A stretch of DNA of 54,712 bases from Chiloscyllium plagiosum (lineage: Eukaryota): positions 11,093,307-11,148,018 of the forward strand of contig NC_057718.1 of NCBI RefSeq assembly GCF_004010195.1, read 5' to 3'. The notes beneath the pieces were generated by a model. The model saw only the letters and a program-made list of their open reading frames with translations, was not told the origin of the DNA and did not search any database. A program made the position numbers and the translations under genes. Of the stretch, positions 1 to 12,983 are shown one piece after another. Position 1 is the stretch's first letter. Every line of letters starts with the position of its first letter.

Positions 1-222
1 CAGAGGGTGGTACGTGTATGGAATGAGCTGCCAGAGGAAGTGGTGGGGGCTGGTACAATTGCAAGATTTAAGAGGCATTTGGATGGGTATATGAATATGA
101 AGGGTTTGGAGGGATATGGGCCGGGTGCTGGCAGGTGGGACAAGATTGGGTTGGGATATCTGGTCGGCATGGATGGGTTGGACCGAAGGGTCTCTTTACA
201 TGCTGTACATCTCTATGACTCT
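1..222 (+). mobile_element. CR1-clade (HER1-like) LINE 3' end
   Basis: Encodes the CR1 ORF2 C-terminal motif (VRVWNELPEEVV..AGTIARFKRHLD) followed by the 3' UTR ending ...ctctatgactct; the same sequence recurs many times in the window. Confidence 0.85.
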
Positions 223-894
223 GAGTGGAGCATGTAAAGCTGAGAATCTTATGCAGAATTCTGGAAATATAACAAACTATAATTTGTGCTCACCAAAAAT
301 TTCACAGAAGTGTTAATCCAAGTTCTGTTTGCTCCTAATGTTTATTTCTAACAGTTTCCTTTTCAATTCTGAATGCAGTAATGTTTTTGCCAGTTCCTTT
401 CCCCTAGTTCTGTGTCCTTTAGATCAATTCTATTGTGGATATCTTTTTCAATTGAACTAAAACCAAAAGTATGGTTCTGCTGCCCCCTATCAGCCAAAAA
501 CAGTGCTGCCACAGTCTTTACACTTGGCAGTTATTCACTGATAATTATGAAATTAAAGTCTCTGTCTGGGTGAAAACAATATAGTATAGAGATTCCACTC
601 ATTTCAGATGTGCAATGGCCTCCCAGATAAGATACCGAGTTCAGCTTCCATACAAACACAAAGTGGTTCGAATTAGGGAGTCATCAAGACATGGAAGTCT
701 GGATGGAGTTTAACTGTGTTTATGAAAGAACCTGGTGCTAAATTGCTTGCTTTCAGCAATGCAGTTTGTTATATAAATAAACAAGCCTGAGAGTTTGCAC
801 ATAACTTTCAGTGAGTGGACAAAAGTCAAATAAAGGATTAACTAATATGTTTTGATGTTGGTCATATGGAATAAATGTCACGAAAGCAATATAG

Positions 895-1255
895 AAAAAG
901 AAAACGTTGCATATCTTCAGCACCTTTTGTGCCCTAGGACATTCAAAATCACCTCAATTTCATTGAATTGTTTTTGGCATGTATTCATTTTTTTGGGTAG
1001 GCATGGCAGCCAATCCTACTAAATGGAGTTTGGTTAAATGACTGGATTATTTAGTTTTCTGATGTGCAAGGTGGCCAATACATTGGTAAATCCTCTCCTC
1101 TTGAAAAATGGCATGAGATCTTTCACATCCAGCAGACAGGACCTCGTGAAAATGCACTGCTGGTGTGCTGAAATATTGACAAAGTTATTTTGCTGATGAC
1201 TTAAATTTGAGAGCACATCGTTGTGACACCTGAACCATTTGACTTGGAAAGTCAT
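895..1255 (-). mobile_element. Degraded Deu-domain SINE (SacSINE1-like)
   Basis: Similar to the better-preserved copy at 18290-18730 (ggac..tcaaaat, ctcttgaaaaatggcatgagatcttt); family name from recall. Confidence 0.45.
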
Positions 1256-3361
1256 CTCTGTTCGTTCGATGCCAACTTGCTTTCCTTTACTTTGGAAGCA
1301 ACAGAAGGTTGCACTTGGGTGTGCGGTTAAAATTGAACCAAAAAAGCTTTTAAAGGACGGTGGTGCTAAGGGGAGGAAATAGTGAGTTTAGTCCCCAGTA
1401 AACCACCTAAACTAGAGGAAAGAGGTGATTAATGCTGGAAGAAACCAATTTTTTTTTCTCTTGCTTGCCATCCTTTTTGGGGAGTTTACATTTAGAGATC
1501 CCAGAATGAATTAACTCTTTGAAAGCAACTGAGAGGAAGAAAAGCAGCAGCCCTTCAGTTACTTTGTCTCTATCTCAGTCATTATATTTTAACTTGGAAA
1601 TTGAATTGTATGTTAATACTGGCTTAGTAATGCACTTGTCTGACCCAGCAATTTGTCTCTGGCCCTGTCAGGTTGTATTTTTTCACAAGATAATTGCTTT
1701 CATCTAAACTTGAGCAGTCCCTGTCTCCTGATGTAATATCTCCACTTCCAGACAGGCACGTGGAGGATGCTGATCTGCTTTAAAACAAAGAAACCGGAGT
1801 AATTTTCTATATACGCTCAGAAAACTTGACTCTCTGTTATCCAAATCAGCCTTAAAAATCTTAGAGGATAGAGCATATGTGCTTGAGTAGTTTCATTGTC
1901 CTGACACCAGAGCAAAGTATTCTCCCTAAGAAAAATGTTAGTTGGTGACCTTCTGGAATATTTTCCCAAATTCAGCAGTCAGCTATCATTTCCATTCTTC
2001 AGAAACTCTTTGTCATCAGCTGTCAGCAGTCTCTAACTATTCACTAATTTTTTTGAGATTCAATAACCTACTGGAGTGGAATTTGAAACTTGCATTAATG
2101 GTGTTGATTCCCAAGATAAGTGTTACAATGCTGGGTTGTTTGTAGTTTAAACATCAGTAAGTGGAAACTAAGAGCAGAGTTGATCCAAAAAAATTGATTA
2201 AAAGTGGGAGATTAATTTGTTTGGTTTTGACGTTGACTGATTGTACTGTACTGTTATCAGGAAAGTAGATAGTGCACTTAACCTTTTGGAAATATTTTTA
2301 TGCTGCCAATTCTGTTAACGTCTTTTGGCACCTCTGCACAAAATATGAATCTTGCTGTAAAATTCTAGATTATTTTATTTCAGTCACTGCGACTGTTGTA
2401 CTTCTGCAATGAAAAAGAACTTGAACCTTGCTACTTGGTGTTTGGCAAGTCCAAGAGCTGAAAGAAATTAATTTATAGTGGTGTTTTCTGTTACGTGAAA
2501 CTTGTATTTTTTGCACTGCACCTATAAATTTCTTTGGTAAAGTTGTGTCTGCAGTGGAGGCTGTGTGTCATTACGGTTCACGCACATTGCTGTGTTGTCT
2601 TCTCTGCAGTTGAACTTCATTTTTGCATTAATAACCGTTACAGCACAAACCAGGCTTGGAACTGTTGGTAATTCACTAAAATATCACATGATGGTCACAT
2701 GAGTATCTTTACGTTAAACACATTAGATTAGTGGTTTATAATTGATGAGACTTAAGCAGTTTTGCCTTGGAATGGATGTGCTTCTTAGATCTGCATTCAG
2801 TGCAATTATTTTCTTTGATTCTCTCAGCATTCACTGAAGCTCTGGAGACCAGAAATTCCTTTTTGGATCACTATGATTGACCTTTCTGACCCAGGTCAGG
2901 GAGGTCAAACATCAGTCAGAATTCCTGGTCCAGATTGCTCTTCAGTAACACCAGCTGGATGATGCTGGTGTGTGGCCTACTGATGAGGACAGCAATGGAT
3001 CGCATTAGGCTTTGATGTCTTCCGTTATCACAATGTTGATGTTCATTGTTGAGATAAGCTCTTGGATGAGTTAACCAGAAGTTTGTACCTGACTGAAACA
3101 CAGGACAGTGTCCTGCTTTTCTACTGTTCCTCCTGGAAGAAACTATGGACCATGGTGAAAGGATTTGCCACCATTCTGAAAATCCATTGAGTTAATTACA
3201 CATAACAAAGTTGTTAATAGAACAGAATTTGCGAAGGGGATGGGTATGGGCTGTAGTCCTTGCAGGGAAACTACCACACTTAAAAACTGTTCCACTTTAA
3301 TGGTAATATTGATCAGAACAAGTGTTTTCTGAAGACAGCACAAACCAATGTAGTAACCTAA

Positions 3362-3685
<324 letters not shown>

Positions 3686-4440
3686 TAAAAATTTTTCACG
3701 GGAAATGAGCAGCACTGCAAGGGTTAACATTTTATTTCCCATCCCTAATTGCCTGCTGCAGTGCATGTGGTGTAGGTATACACACAGTTCTGATCAGGAG
3801 GGACAGCAATGTATTTCCTCGTCAGGTTGGTGTATAACTTGTGGGTGGTGGCCTTCCAATGTGTTTGCTGTCCTTGTCCTTCTAAGTGGGAGAGGTCATG
3901 GATTTGGAAGGTGCTGCAATTATAAGGTGCTTTAAGTTTCTTACGGACATAAAGAATAAAAATTAATTGCAATTAATTCTATTCCATTAATCTTTCCCAC
4001 ATTTTGTCTGTCTCTCTGTGCTTCTGTCTGTTTGTGTGTGTCTCTCTCCCTCTCTGTTGTGCCCCCTCTCCACTCCTCAATCCATCATGTGTGCCCCCTC
4101 TTCCTCCCCCAGACTATCACGTGTGCCACTCTCCGCCAGAGCCTGAGGTTTGGAAGGTTAAAGATTGATATAATCAAGGAGTATAAAATATTAGAAGGGA
4201 AAAACAAAGTAGGTATGGAAAACTTTCCTTTGTATGAATTCAGAAAGAGCTTTCACATGCTGAAAATCCCAAATTTTCTTCTCCCAAAGTATTGTGTATG
4301 AAAATGAACCTTGTGGGTTCTTGTGGGATAAGGGAAATGCAACAAATGTTGGTAAATAATGGTGAGGTCCAAATTACCAACCGGTAGAATGCCAGGAAAG
4401 GCTCAAGGGACCAAACAGTTTCTTTCTATTTTCTTTATTT

Positions 4441-4880
4441 GTACAGCATGGAAACAGACCCTTTGGTCCAACTCGTCCATACCGACCAGATATCCCAACC
4501 CAATCTAGTCCAACCTGCCACAAACCGGCTTATCCCTCCAAACCTGTCCTATTCATATACCCTTTTAAATGTTGCAATTGTACCAGCCTCCACCACTTCC
4601 TCTGGCAGCTCATTCCATAAATAAACCACCCTCTGCATGAAAAAGTTGCCCCTTAGGTCTCTTTTATATCTTTCCCCTGTCACTCTAAACCTATGCCCTC
4701 TATCTCTGGACTCCCCCAGCCTAGGGAAAAGACTTTGTCTATTTACTCTATGCATGCCCCTCATGATTTTACAAACCTCTGAGGTCACCCTTCAGACTCC
4801 TACGCTCCAGGGAAAACAGCCCTAACCTATTCAACCTCTCCCTATAGCTCAAATCCTCCAACATCTTGTAAATCTTTTCT
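4441..4880 (-). mobile_element. CR1-clade (HER1-like) LINE 3' fragment
   Basis: Minus ORFs 4549-4788 and 4769-5017 contain LSYRERLNRLGLFSLERR and RGNFF.QRVV.LWNELPEEVVEAGT. Confidence 0.85.
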
Positions 4881-4905
4881 GCTATTACTTTCTTCCTGCT
4901 GTTGA

Positions 4906-5109
<204 letters not shown>

Positions 5110-5611
5110 TAAATTGAATTCTGTGAAAGGATAGACTTTTTAAAATAATTTATTCTCTGCATTTTTAAAATTTGAGTCATAAGTGAAGATGTCCTGTATT
5201 GGTTTTGTCTGTATTGTGCAATTTATTTACTGAATTCACGTTCGTACTATGTGAAATATTTACAACCCAAGTACTTGAAACAATATTGAATTTATTTGTC
5301 AAGTCAATTGAATCTGATACAAAACAAAATTCTGGAGGAGCTCAGGATATAGGACAAGTGCAGGAAATTGGGATGAATGCACTTTTAGTGGTAGTTATGT
5401 CAGTGCAGACTCAATGGGCCGAAGAATCTTTTCTGCACTGTATGAATCTATAAAACTTATCAAAAATAGTTGAGGACTCTGGGTCTGTACTCGATGGAGT
5501 TTAGAAGATTGGTGGGTAGCACGAATGTCATGGAAATTTTTACTGAATATAGAGAGACTGGATAGAGTGGCCGTGGAGAAGATGTTTGATCGATTTATTA
5601 TTGTCACCTGT

Positions 5612-7005
5612 ACCGAGATACAGTGAAAAGTGTTGTTTATGTGCTATACACTCAAATCGTACCATAAAAAGTACATCAAGAAGCAGAACAGAATGCAGAA
5701 TACAGTGCTACAGCCACAGAGAAGGTACAGAGAGAGATTAGAATTAACATTTGAGAGGTCCATTTAAAAGTCTGATAACAGCGGAGAAGAAGTTGTTCTT
5801 GAATCCATTCGTACGTGTATTCAAAATTTTATATCTTCTGCCCAATGGAAGAGGGTATAACTGGGTGGAAGGAGTCTTTGATAACGTTGGTTGCTTTCCT
5901 GAGGCAGTGAGGAGTATAGATGGAGTCCATGGATGGACGGCTGATTTGTGTAATGCATTGAGCTATATTGAAGAGTAGTTGCCCTTGGTCTTAAGTTTTT
6001 TTATTTAACTTGATGACCCTGCTCAATTAACACTTTGCAATCAAATTATGTTTCAGCATTTATAATTCTGGTCCTGAACTGGTGTTAACTAGCATCTGGT
6101 TTATAAAATGTAAGCTTTTTTCAGCAATTCTTGCTTTTCTTTCTTTAAATTCTCCTGTTGTTACTTGATCAGAGAATTGCATGATAGGAATCATGTTACA
6201 GATTATGAAAAACAATATGTGCATATTGACTTTTTTTGCTGTCATACGGTTCTATGGATGGGAAAAGCTGTCAGGTTTTGGTCATGTGACCAATATTATT
6301 GACTTTATGTCTGAAAATAGGGAAATCTAAATCGTCTCTTGATTTTGCACAGCAACTTATGAAAAGCATGGTGGAATAGGGATTAAAAGAGGAAGTGTCT
6401 CTCTTTTCCACCACCCCTGGCTTCCTAATCCACAGTTGCTACATTCAAATGTACTGTACTGCACAGCTGAGATCAGCTGCCCAACACAGATCAGGGATGA
6501 AATTTTGTTCTTCTCCAAGATTAAGTTGCATTAAAGCAAGATAATGGATAAAACCATTGCTTTCAATTGTAGACAAAGGATTGCAGTAAAATACATGTTT
6601 GAAGGGAGCATTTTGTTTTAATGAATTTGTTTGTGAACTATTTTTGTTCTCTGTGCCTTGTGTAAAACTGAATAACTCAAAATTCTCTTGGACAACTGCT
6701 AGTTAAGAAACATTAGGTGCAGCTTCAGGAAAGCAATCGACGTTATCAAAGACTCCTTCCACCCAGTTATACCCTGTTCCATTGGGCAGAGAATAGAAGT
6801 TTGAATACACATACGAATAGATTCAAGAACAGCTTCTTCCCCGCTTTATCAGACTTTTGAATGTTAATTCTAATCTCTCTCTGCACCTTCTCTGTGGCTG
6901 TGGCACCGTATTCTGCATTCTGTTCTGCCTCCTGATATACTTTGTATGGTACGATTTGCCTGTATAGCACACAAAACAAAACAACACTTTTCACTGTATC
7001 TCGGT
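5612..7005. repeat. Pair of inverted ~270-bp repeat copies (5612-5887 and 6740-7005)
   Basis: accgagatacagtgaaaagtgttgttt...gagtctttgataacgt is matched in reverse complement by acgttatcaaagactc...aacaacacttttcactgtatctcggt. Confidence 0.85.
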
Positions 7006-7339
7006 TTGAATCCTAGTCTGTGCTTACAGCAGTTCTTCTCAGTCAGATTGCAGTTAGGAAGCTATGGTAGGCCTCAGCATTGGCCTTCCAGTGAAAGGAG
7101 CTTGCCCAAGTTAAGTGCTGAGTGACACGTTAAATTTGGACAGATTTTGCGAAAAGGCAATGTTATTGTACACCAAGGAGCTACAACAGCCTAAAACCCC
7201 TTGCATTATGTGACTTGGGCACTGTTTCATGCAATGTACGTCACTAGAATCTGTACAATAACTGGCGCAAGGCACCGTTTAATGGTCTGTTCTGTATTTA
7301 ACCTAATTGATCTGCACTACTTTTTCTCTCTGTTATTCA

Positions 7340-8440
7340 CTCATGGGACTTGAGCCAGCATTTATTGTCCATTACTAGTTGTCCTTGAAAAGGTGATGAT
7401 GAGCTGCCTTCTCAAACTGCTGCTGTCATTGCAAGGGTCCATGTGCTGTAGGTTCAATGCCGTTATGGAGGATTTTGACCCAATGACATTGAAGGAATGG
7501 CATTATTTTTCCAAGTCAAGATGGTGAGTGGTTTGGAGAGGAACTTGCAGGTGGTGATGTTCCTATGTACCTGCTGCCCTTGCCCTTTTGGGTGGTAGTG
7601 GTTGTGGGTTTGGAAAGTGCTATGTAAGATTTTTGGTGAATTTCTGCAGTGCATCTTGTGGATGATTCACACTGTTGCAATTGCATGTCTGTTTGTGGAG
7701 AGAATGAATGTTTGAGGACATGGTGGCCATCAAGCAGGCTGTTTCATTATTGGGGCTGCATTCATCCAGACCAGTGGGGATTATTCCATCAAATTCCTGA
7801 CTTGTACTTTGTAGTTGATGGAGAGGTTTTGGGAAGTCGGAAGGTGAGTTACTCACTGCAGCCTTTGCTCTTGTAGCTTCTATATTAATGTGGTTAGTCC
7901 AAATCAATTTCTGATAAGTGGCAACCCCAGGAAGTTGATAATGGGGGAGTTCAGTAATGGTAGTGCCCTTGAATGCCCTGGCGCGATGGTTAGATTGTCT
8001 CTTTTTCTTATTGAAGGTGGTTACTTGTGTGGCATGAATGTTACTTACCATTTGTCAGCCCAAGTCTGGGTATTGTCCAAATCTTGCTGCATTTGGATAT
8101 GGACTGCTTTAATATCTGAGGAGTCACAAATGTTGCCATACAGTCTGCAACCATGAGCAGATATCCCCACATCTGACCTTAAGATAGAAGGAAGGTCATT
8201 GATGAAGCAGCAAGATGATTGGGCTGAGGGCACTAACCTGATGAATTTCTGCTGCAATGACTGACCTCCAACAGTGCGACTGTCTTCGTGGATGTCAGGA
8301 ATGACTCCAAATAGCAGAGACTGATTCCCATTGATTTCAGTTTTGCTCGGGTTCATTGATGCAGACTTGGCCAAACGTGGCCTTGATGTCAGGCAGTCTT
8401 TTTTTTTGTTCACCTGAGCTTCAGCAGTTTGGCTACAGCG
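7340..8440 (-). mobile_element. Old non-LTR retrotransposon (CR1/L2-type RT 3' region) remnant
   Basis: Minus ORFs contain LF..FINDLPSILRSDVG..A and MQQDLDNTQTWADKW; related fragments at ~3720-3925 and 19290-19717. Confidence 0.7.
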
Positions 8441-8720
8441 CACCTATTGCACATCTTGTGCATAAAGTAAATTTTTGTGAAAAACAACTAGATTAAAGAG
8501 AAAAGTTGCAGTCAGGATTCTCACATGATTATTTCCATTGAATTGCTGGGAGATTGTGAGCCCTGTTATGAGTTCTCTTGGTTTCATAGCCTCCGAGATG
8601 AAGTGACCACTTAGAAAAAGTTGTAGAGGGTTGACATTGGCTGAAGGTGTGTAGGAAGAGTTGATGCTTTCAGTAAACGAAAGAAAATTAGAGAAAAGGA
8701 AACCGTTTTTTTTTAATTGA

Positions 8721-8960
<240 letters not shown>

Positions 8961-9413
8961 TAGACATTTATATTTCTAGTCCTAAAGTAGACCTGGAACA
9001 GATAAACTAGATTGATGATTCCATGTAGTGGCTAAGAGAGCACTGTAATGTTCAAGATGCTGCTCTCCAGATAAGGGTCTTAGACGCTTTTTGTCTATTC
9101 CATTGAGGTGGACGTCAAAAGATGGCCCTATTTAATGAAGAGCAATAAATTTTCCTGATGTCCACTGTTTGGTCTGCACATGGCTCCAACCCAAAAAAAA
9201 CTTAGTGTTCAGTTTCCTCTTGTCATGTATATGTGAAACTTAATCTTAAAATTCATAGAAATGGTGGTGAACTTTGTGGATCAGAGCATGTTTAACAAAT
9301 CTGTTTATAGTTGCAATACATGGTCCAAACTGAGAGAACAGCTTGGCTGGATTCAGTAACTTCTGTGCTGTAAATTACTCTGAATCTCTTTACTTCTTGA
9401 TCATTTAAAAGTA

Positions 9414-9612
9414 CAGCTGGTTCTGCTATAATGGGCATTTCTTCAATGTGAATTGGCTATAACATGATTGAAGAATTTAGACTATTATTTGTAGAACGCA
9501 AAATTTCCTTGCCTGTTTTGGCTATAACGCAATTCTAGTCCCATCAGTTTAAATGGTGCTGCTATGTTTTTATAACAAGAACAGAACTATCGCGTTATAT
9601 CAGAACTGACTG
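9414..9612. mobile_element. Tc1/mariner-pogo-type MITE (~200 bp)
   Basis: Terminal inverted repeats cagctggttctgctataa / ttatatcagaactgactg, flanked by TA on both sides (9412-9413 and 9613-9614). Confidence 0.75.
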
Positions 9613-9865
9613 TAGGAACAAATCTACATCTGGTTAGGGTGTGCACTGTATAGTGGATAATCTGAATCTTGTTGTTAGGACATAACTTTAATGTTAAATG
9701 GATGCTCTGTAATAGCATAAGGAATAACGTAACATTTTGAGGGCCTACAATGTAAAAGCACTGATGTTTTGAATCTGTTTATCTTCTTTTGAAAGATATG
9801 TCTGATAACCCTCTATTCAAAAGAAATACACAGTAGATACAAAATTCCTATCCTCTCGCATTTGT

Positions 9866-10365
9866 NNNNNNNNNNNNNNNNNNNNNNNNNNNNNNNNNNN
9901 NNNNNNNNNNNNNNNNNNNNNNNNNNNNNNNNNNNNNNNNNNNNNNNNNNNNNNNNNNNNNNNNNNNNNNNNNNNNNNNNNNNNNNNNNNNNNNNNNNNN
10001 NNNNNNNNNNNNNNNNNNNNNNNNNNNNNNNNNNNNNNNNNNNNNNNNNNNNNNNNNNNNNNNNNNNNNNNNNNNNNNNNNNNNNNNNNNNNNNNNNNNN
10101 NNNNNNNNNNNNNNNNNNNNNNNNNNNNNNNNNNNNNNNNNNNNNNNNNNNNNNNNNNNNNNNNNNNNNNNNNNNNNNNNNNNNNNNNNNNNNNNNNNNN
10201 NNNNNNNNNNNNNNNNNNNNNNNNNNNNNNNNNNNNNNNNNNNNNNNNNNNNNNNNNNNNNNNNNNNNNNNNNNNNNNNNNNNNNNNNNNNNNNNNNNNN
10301 NNNNNNNNNNNNNNNNNNNNNNNNNNNNNNNNNNNNNNNNNNNNNNNNNNNNNNNNNNNNNNNNN
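9866..10365. other. Assembly gap (500 N, probably a placeholder size)
   Basis: Run of exactly 500 N. Confidence 0.99.
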
Positions 10366-11045
10366 ACTTCCCACTACTATGCTTGATTGACCTTAATCTT
10401 ACTCTAGTCATTCTTTTATTCCTGTTATACCAATAGAAAGCCTTAGGGTTTTCCTTGATCCTAACCGCAAGTGACTTCTCATGTCCTCTCCTGGCTCCTC
10501 TTAGCTCTCTCTTTAGGTCTTTCCTGACTAACTTGTAACTTTCAAGTGCCCTAACTGAGCCATCACATCATATCCTTACATAAGCCGCCTTCTTCCCCTT
10601 GACAAGAGATTCAACTTCCTTAGTAAACCACGGCTCCCACACTCGACAGCTTCCTCCCTGCCTCACTGGTACATACTTATCAAGGACCTTGTTAGCAACA
10701 AGCAACATGGCGTTGTGCAAGGGAGGTCTTGTCTCACAGACTTAATTAAGTTTTTTGAGGAAGTGACAAAGATGGTTGAGGGCAGAGCAGTGGATGTTGT
10801 CTATGTGTACTTTAGCTAGACCTTTGACAAGGTCCGTCATGGCAGGCTGATACAGTAGTTACATGAAAGCTGCGTGGGCTGGTAAGGTGGAAACAGAACT
10901 GGCTTAGTCATACAAAAGATAGAAGGGTGTTTGTCTGACTGGAGATGTGTGACCAGTGGTATTCCACAGGTTGCAGTTCTGGCACCCCTGATGTTTAATG
11001 TGTATAAATGATTTCGAAGAGAATGTATGTAGTCAAATTAGTAAG

Positions 11046-12983
11046 TTTAGCTTAGAGTGGTGCTGGAAAAGCACAGTCGGTCAGGCAGCATCCGAGGAGC
11101 AGGAAAATCAATGTTTCGGGCAAAAGTCCTTCAGGACTGAAGGCAGGGAGCCTCCGGGGTGGAGAGATAAATGGGAGAGGGGTGGAGGGTGGGAGAAGTT
11201 AGCAAAGAATACAGTGAGTGGATGGGGGTGGGGATGAAAGTGATAGGTCAGAGAGGAGGGTGGTGCGGGTTGGTGGGAAGGAAGATTGGCAGATAGGACC
11301 ATTCATGAGGATGGTGCTGAGCTGGAAGGTTGGAACTGGGGTAAGGTAGGGGGAGGGGAAATGAGGAAACTGGTGAAGTCCCCATTGATGCCCTGGGGTT
11401 GAAGTGTTCCGAGGCGGAAGCTGAGGCGTTCTTCCTCCAGGTGTTGTGTGGTGAGGGAGCGGCAGTGGAGGAAGCCCAGGACCTGCATGTCCTCAGCAGA
11501 GTGGGAGGGGGGAGTTGAAATGTTGGGCCACGGAGCAATGGGGTTGATTGGTGCGGGTGTCCCGGAGATGTTCCCTAAAGCGCTCTGCGAGGAGGCGTCC
11601 AGCCTCCCCAACGTAGAGGAGACCGCATCGGGAGGAACGGATACAATAAATGACATTGGTGGATGTGCGGGTGAAACTTTGGATGTGGTAGGTTCCTTTG
11701 GGTCCTTGGATGGAGATGAGGGGGGAGGTGTGGGCGCAGGTTTTGCAATTCCGGCAGTGGCAGGGGAGGGTGCCAGGAGGGGAGGGTGGTTTGTTGGGGG
11801 GCATGGACCTGATCAGGTAGTCACAGAGGGAACAGTCTTTGAGGAAAGCAGAAAGGGGTGGGGAGGGAAATATATCCCTGATGGTGGAGTCCGTTTGGAG
11901 GTGGCGGAAATGTCGGCAGATGATGCGGTTTATGCGAAGGTTGGGGGGGTGGAAGGTGAGGACTGGGGGGTGAGGTTCTGTCCTTGTTACGGTTGGAGGG
12001 GTGAGGTTTGAGGATGGAGGTGCGGGATGTGGATGAGATGCGTTGGAGGGCATCTTCAACCGCGTGGGAAGGAAAATTGCGGTCTTTAAAGAAGGAGGCC
12101 ATCTGGTGTGTTGTGTGAGATGGAGAGGTCCAGGAGGGGGAGGGAGGTGTCAGAGATGGTCCAGTTAAATTTAAGGTCAGGGTGGAATGTGTTGGTGAAG
12201 TTGATGAATTGCTCAACCACCTCGCGGGAGCACAAGGTGGCGCCGATGCAGTCATCAATGTAGCGGAGGAAGCGGTGAGGAGTGGTGCAGGTGTAACTAC
12301 GGAAGATGGTCTGTTCTACATACCGGACAAAGACACAGGCATAGCTGGGGCCCATACGGGTGCCCATGGCTACCCCTTTGGTCTGGAGGAAGTGGGAGGA
12401 TTCAAAGGAGAAATTGTGAAGGGTGAGGACCAGTTCAGACAAATGAATGAGAGTGTTCGTGGAAGGATACTTTCCTGGACCTCTCCATCTCCATCAATGA
12501 CGACCAACTTGACACTGACATTTTTTATAAACCCACTGACTCCCACAGCTACCTGGATTACACCTCTTCCCACCCTACCTCCTGCAAAAATGCTATCTCG
12601 TATTCCCAATTCCTCTGCCTCTGCCGGATCTGCTCCCAGGAGGATCAGTTCTACCACAGAACACATCCCCATTCGCCTATTGTACTCCTTGTTACCTTCC
12701 CCCACCCATCTCTCTGACCTACATCTTTATCCCCATCCACCCACTGTACTCTTTGCTACCTTCTCCCACCCTCCTCTCTGACATATCACCTTCATACCCA
12801 TCCCCATCCACCTATTGTACCCTTTGCTACCTTCTCCCCAGCCCNNNNNNNNNNNNNNNNNNNNNNNNNNNNNNNNNNNNNNNNNTCGATTTTCCTGCTC
12901 CACGGATGCTGCCTGACCTGCTGTGCTTTTCCAGCACCACTCTAAACTCTGATTTCCAGCATCTGCAGTCCTCACTTTTGCCT
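11046..12983 (-). mobile_element. Penelope-like element (Neptune-type RT plus GIY-YIG endonuclease), frameshifted, with an inverted terminal segment (~12470-12983)
   Basis: Minus ORFs: RT QTKGVAMGTRMGPSYA and RYIDD; Cys-rich PCHCRNCKTC; GIY-YIG NVIYCIR...LYVGE.GR.LAERFREH. The same pLTR end appears in opposite orientation at both termini; 10-bp TSD aattagtaag at 11036-11045 and 12984-12993. Confidence 0.9.
12845..12885. other. Assembly gap (41 N)
   Basis: Run of N inside the PLE terminal repeat. Confidence 0.99.

Noticed and set aside
9817..10411. Long poly-X ORFs
   Set aside because: Artefacts of translating the N gap.
11448..12781. Plus-strand ORFs of 187 and 199 aa
   Set aside because: Antisense shadows of the GC-rich PLE coding region, plus an out-of-frame piece of the inverted segment; not independent genes.
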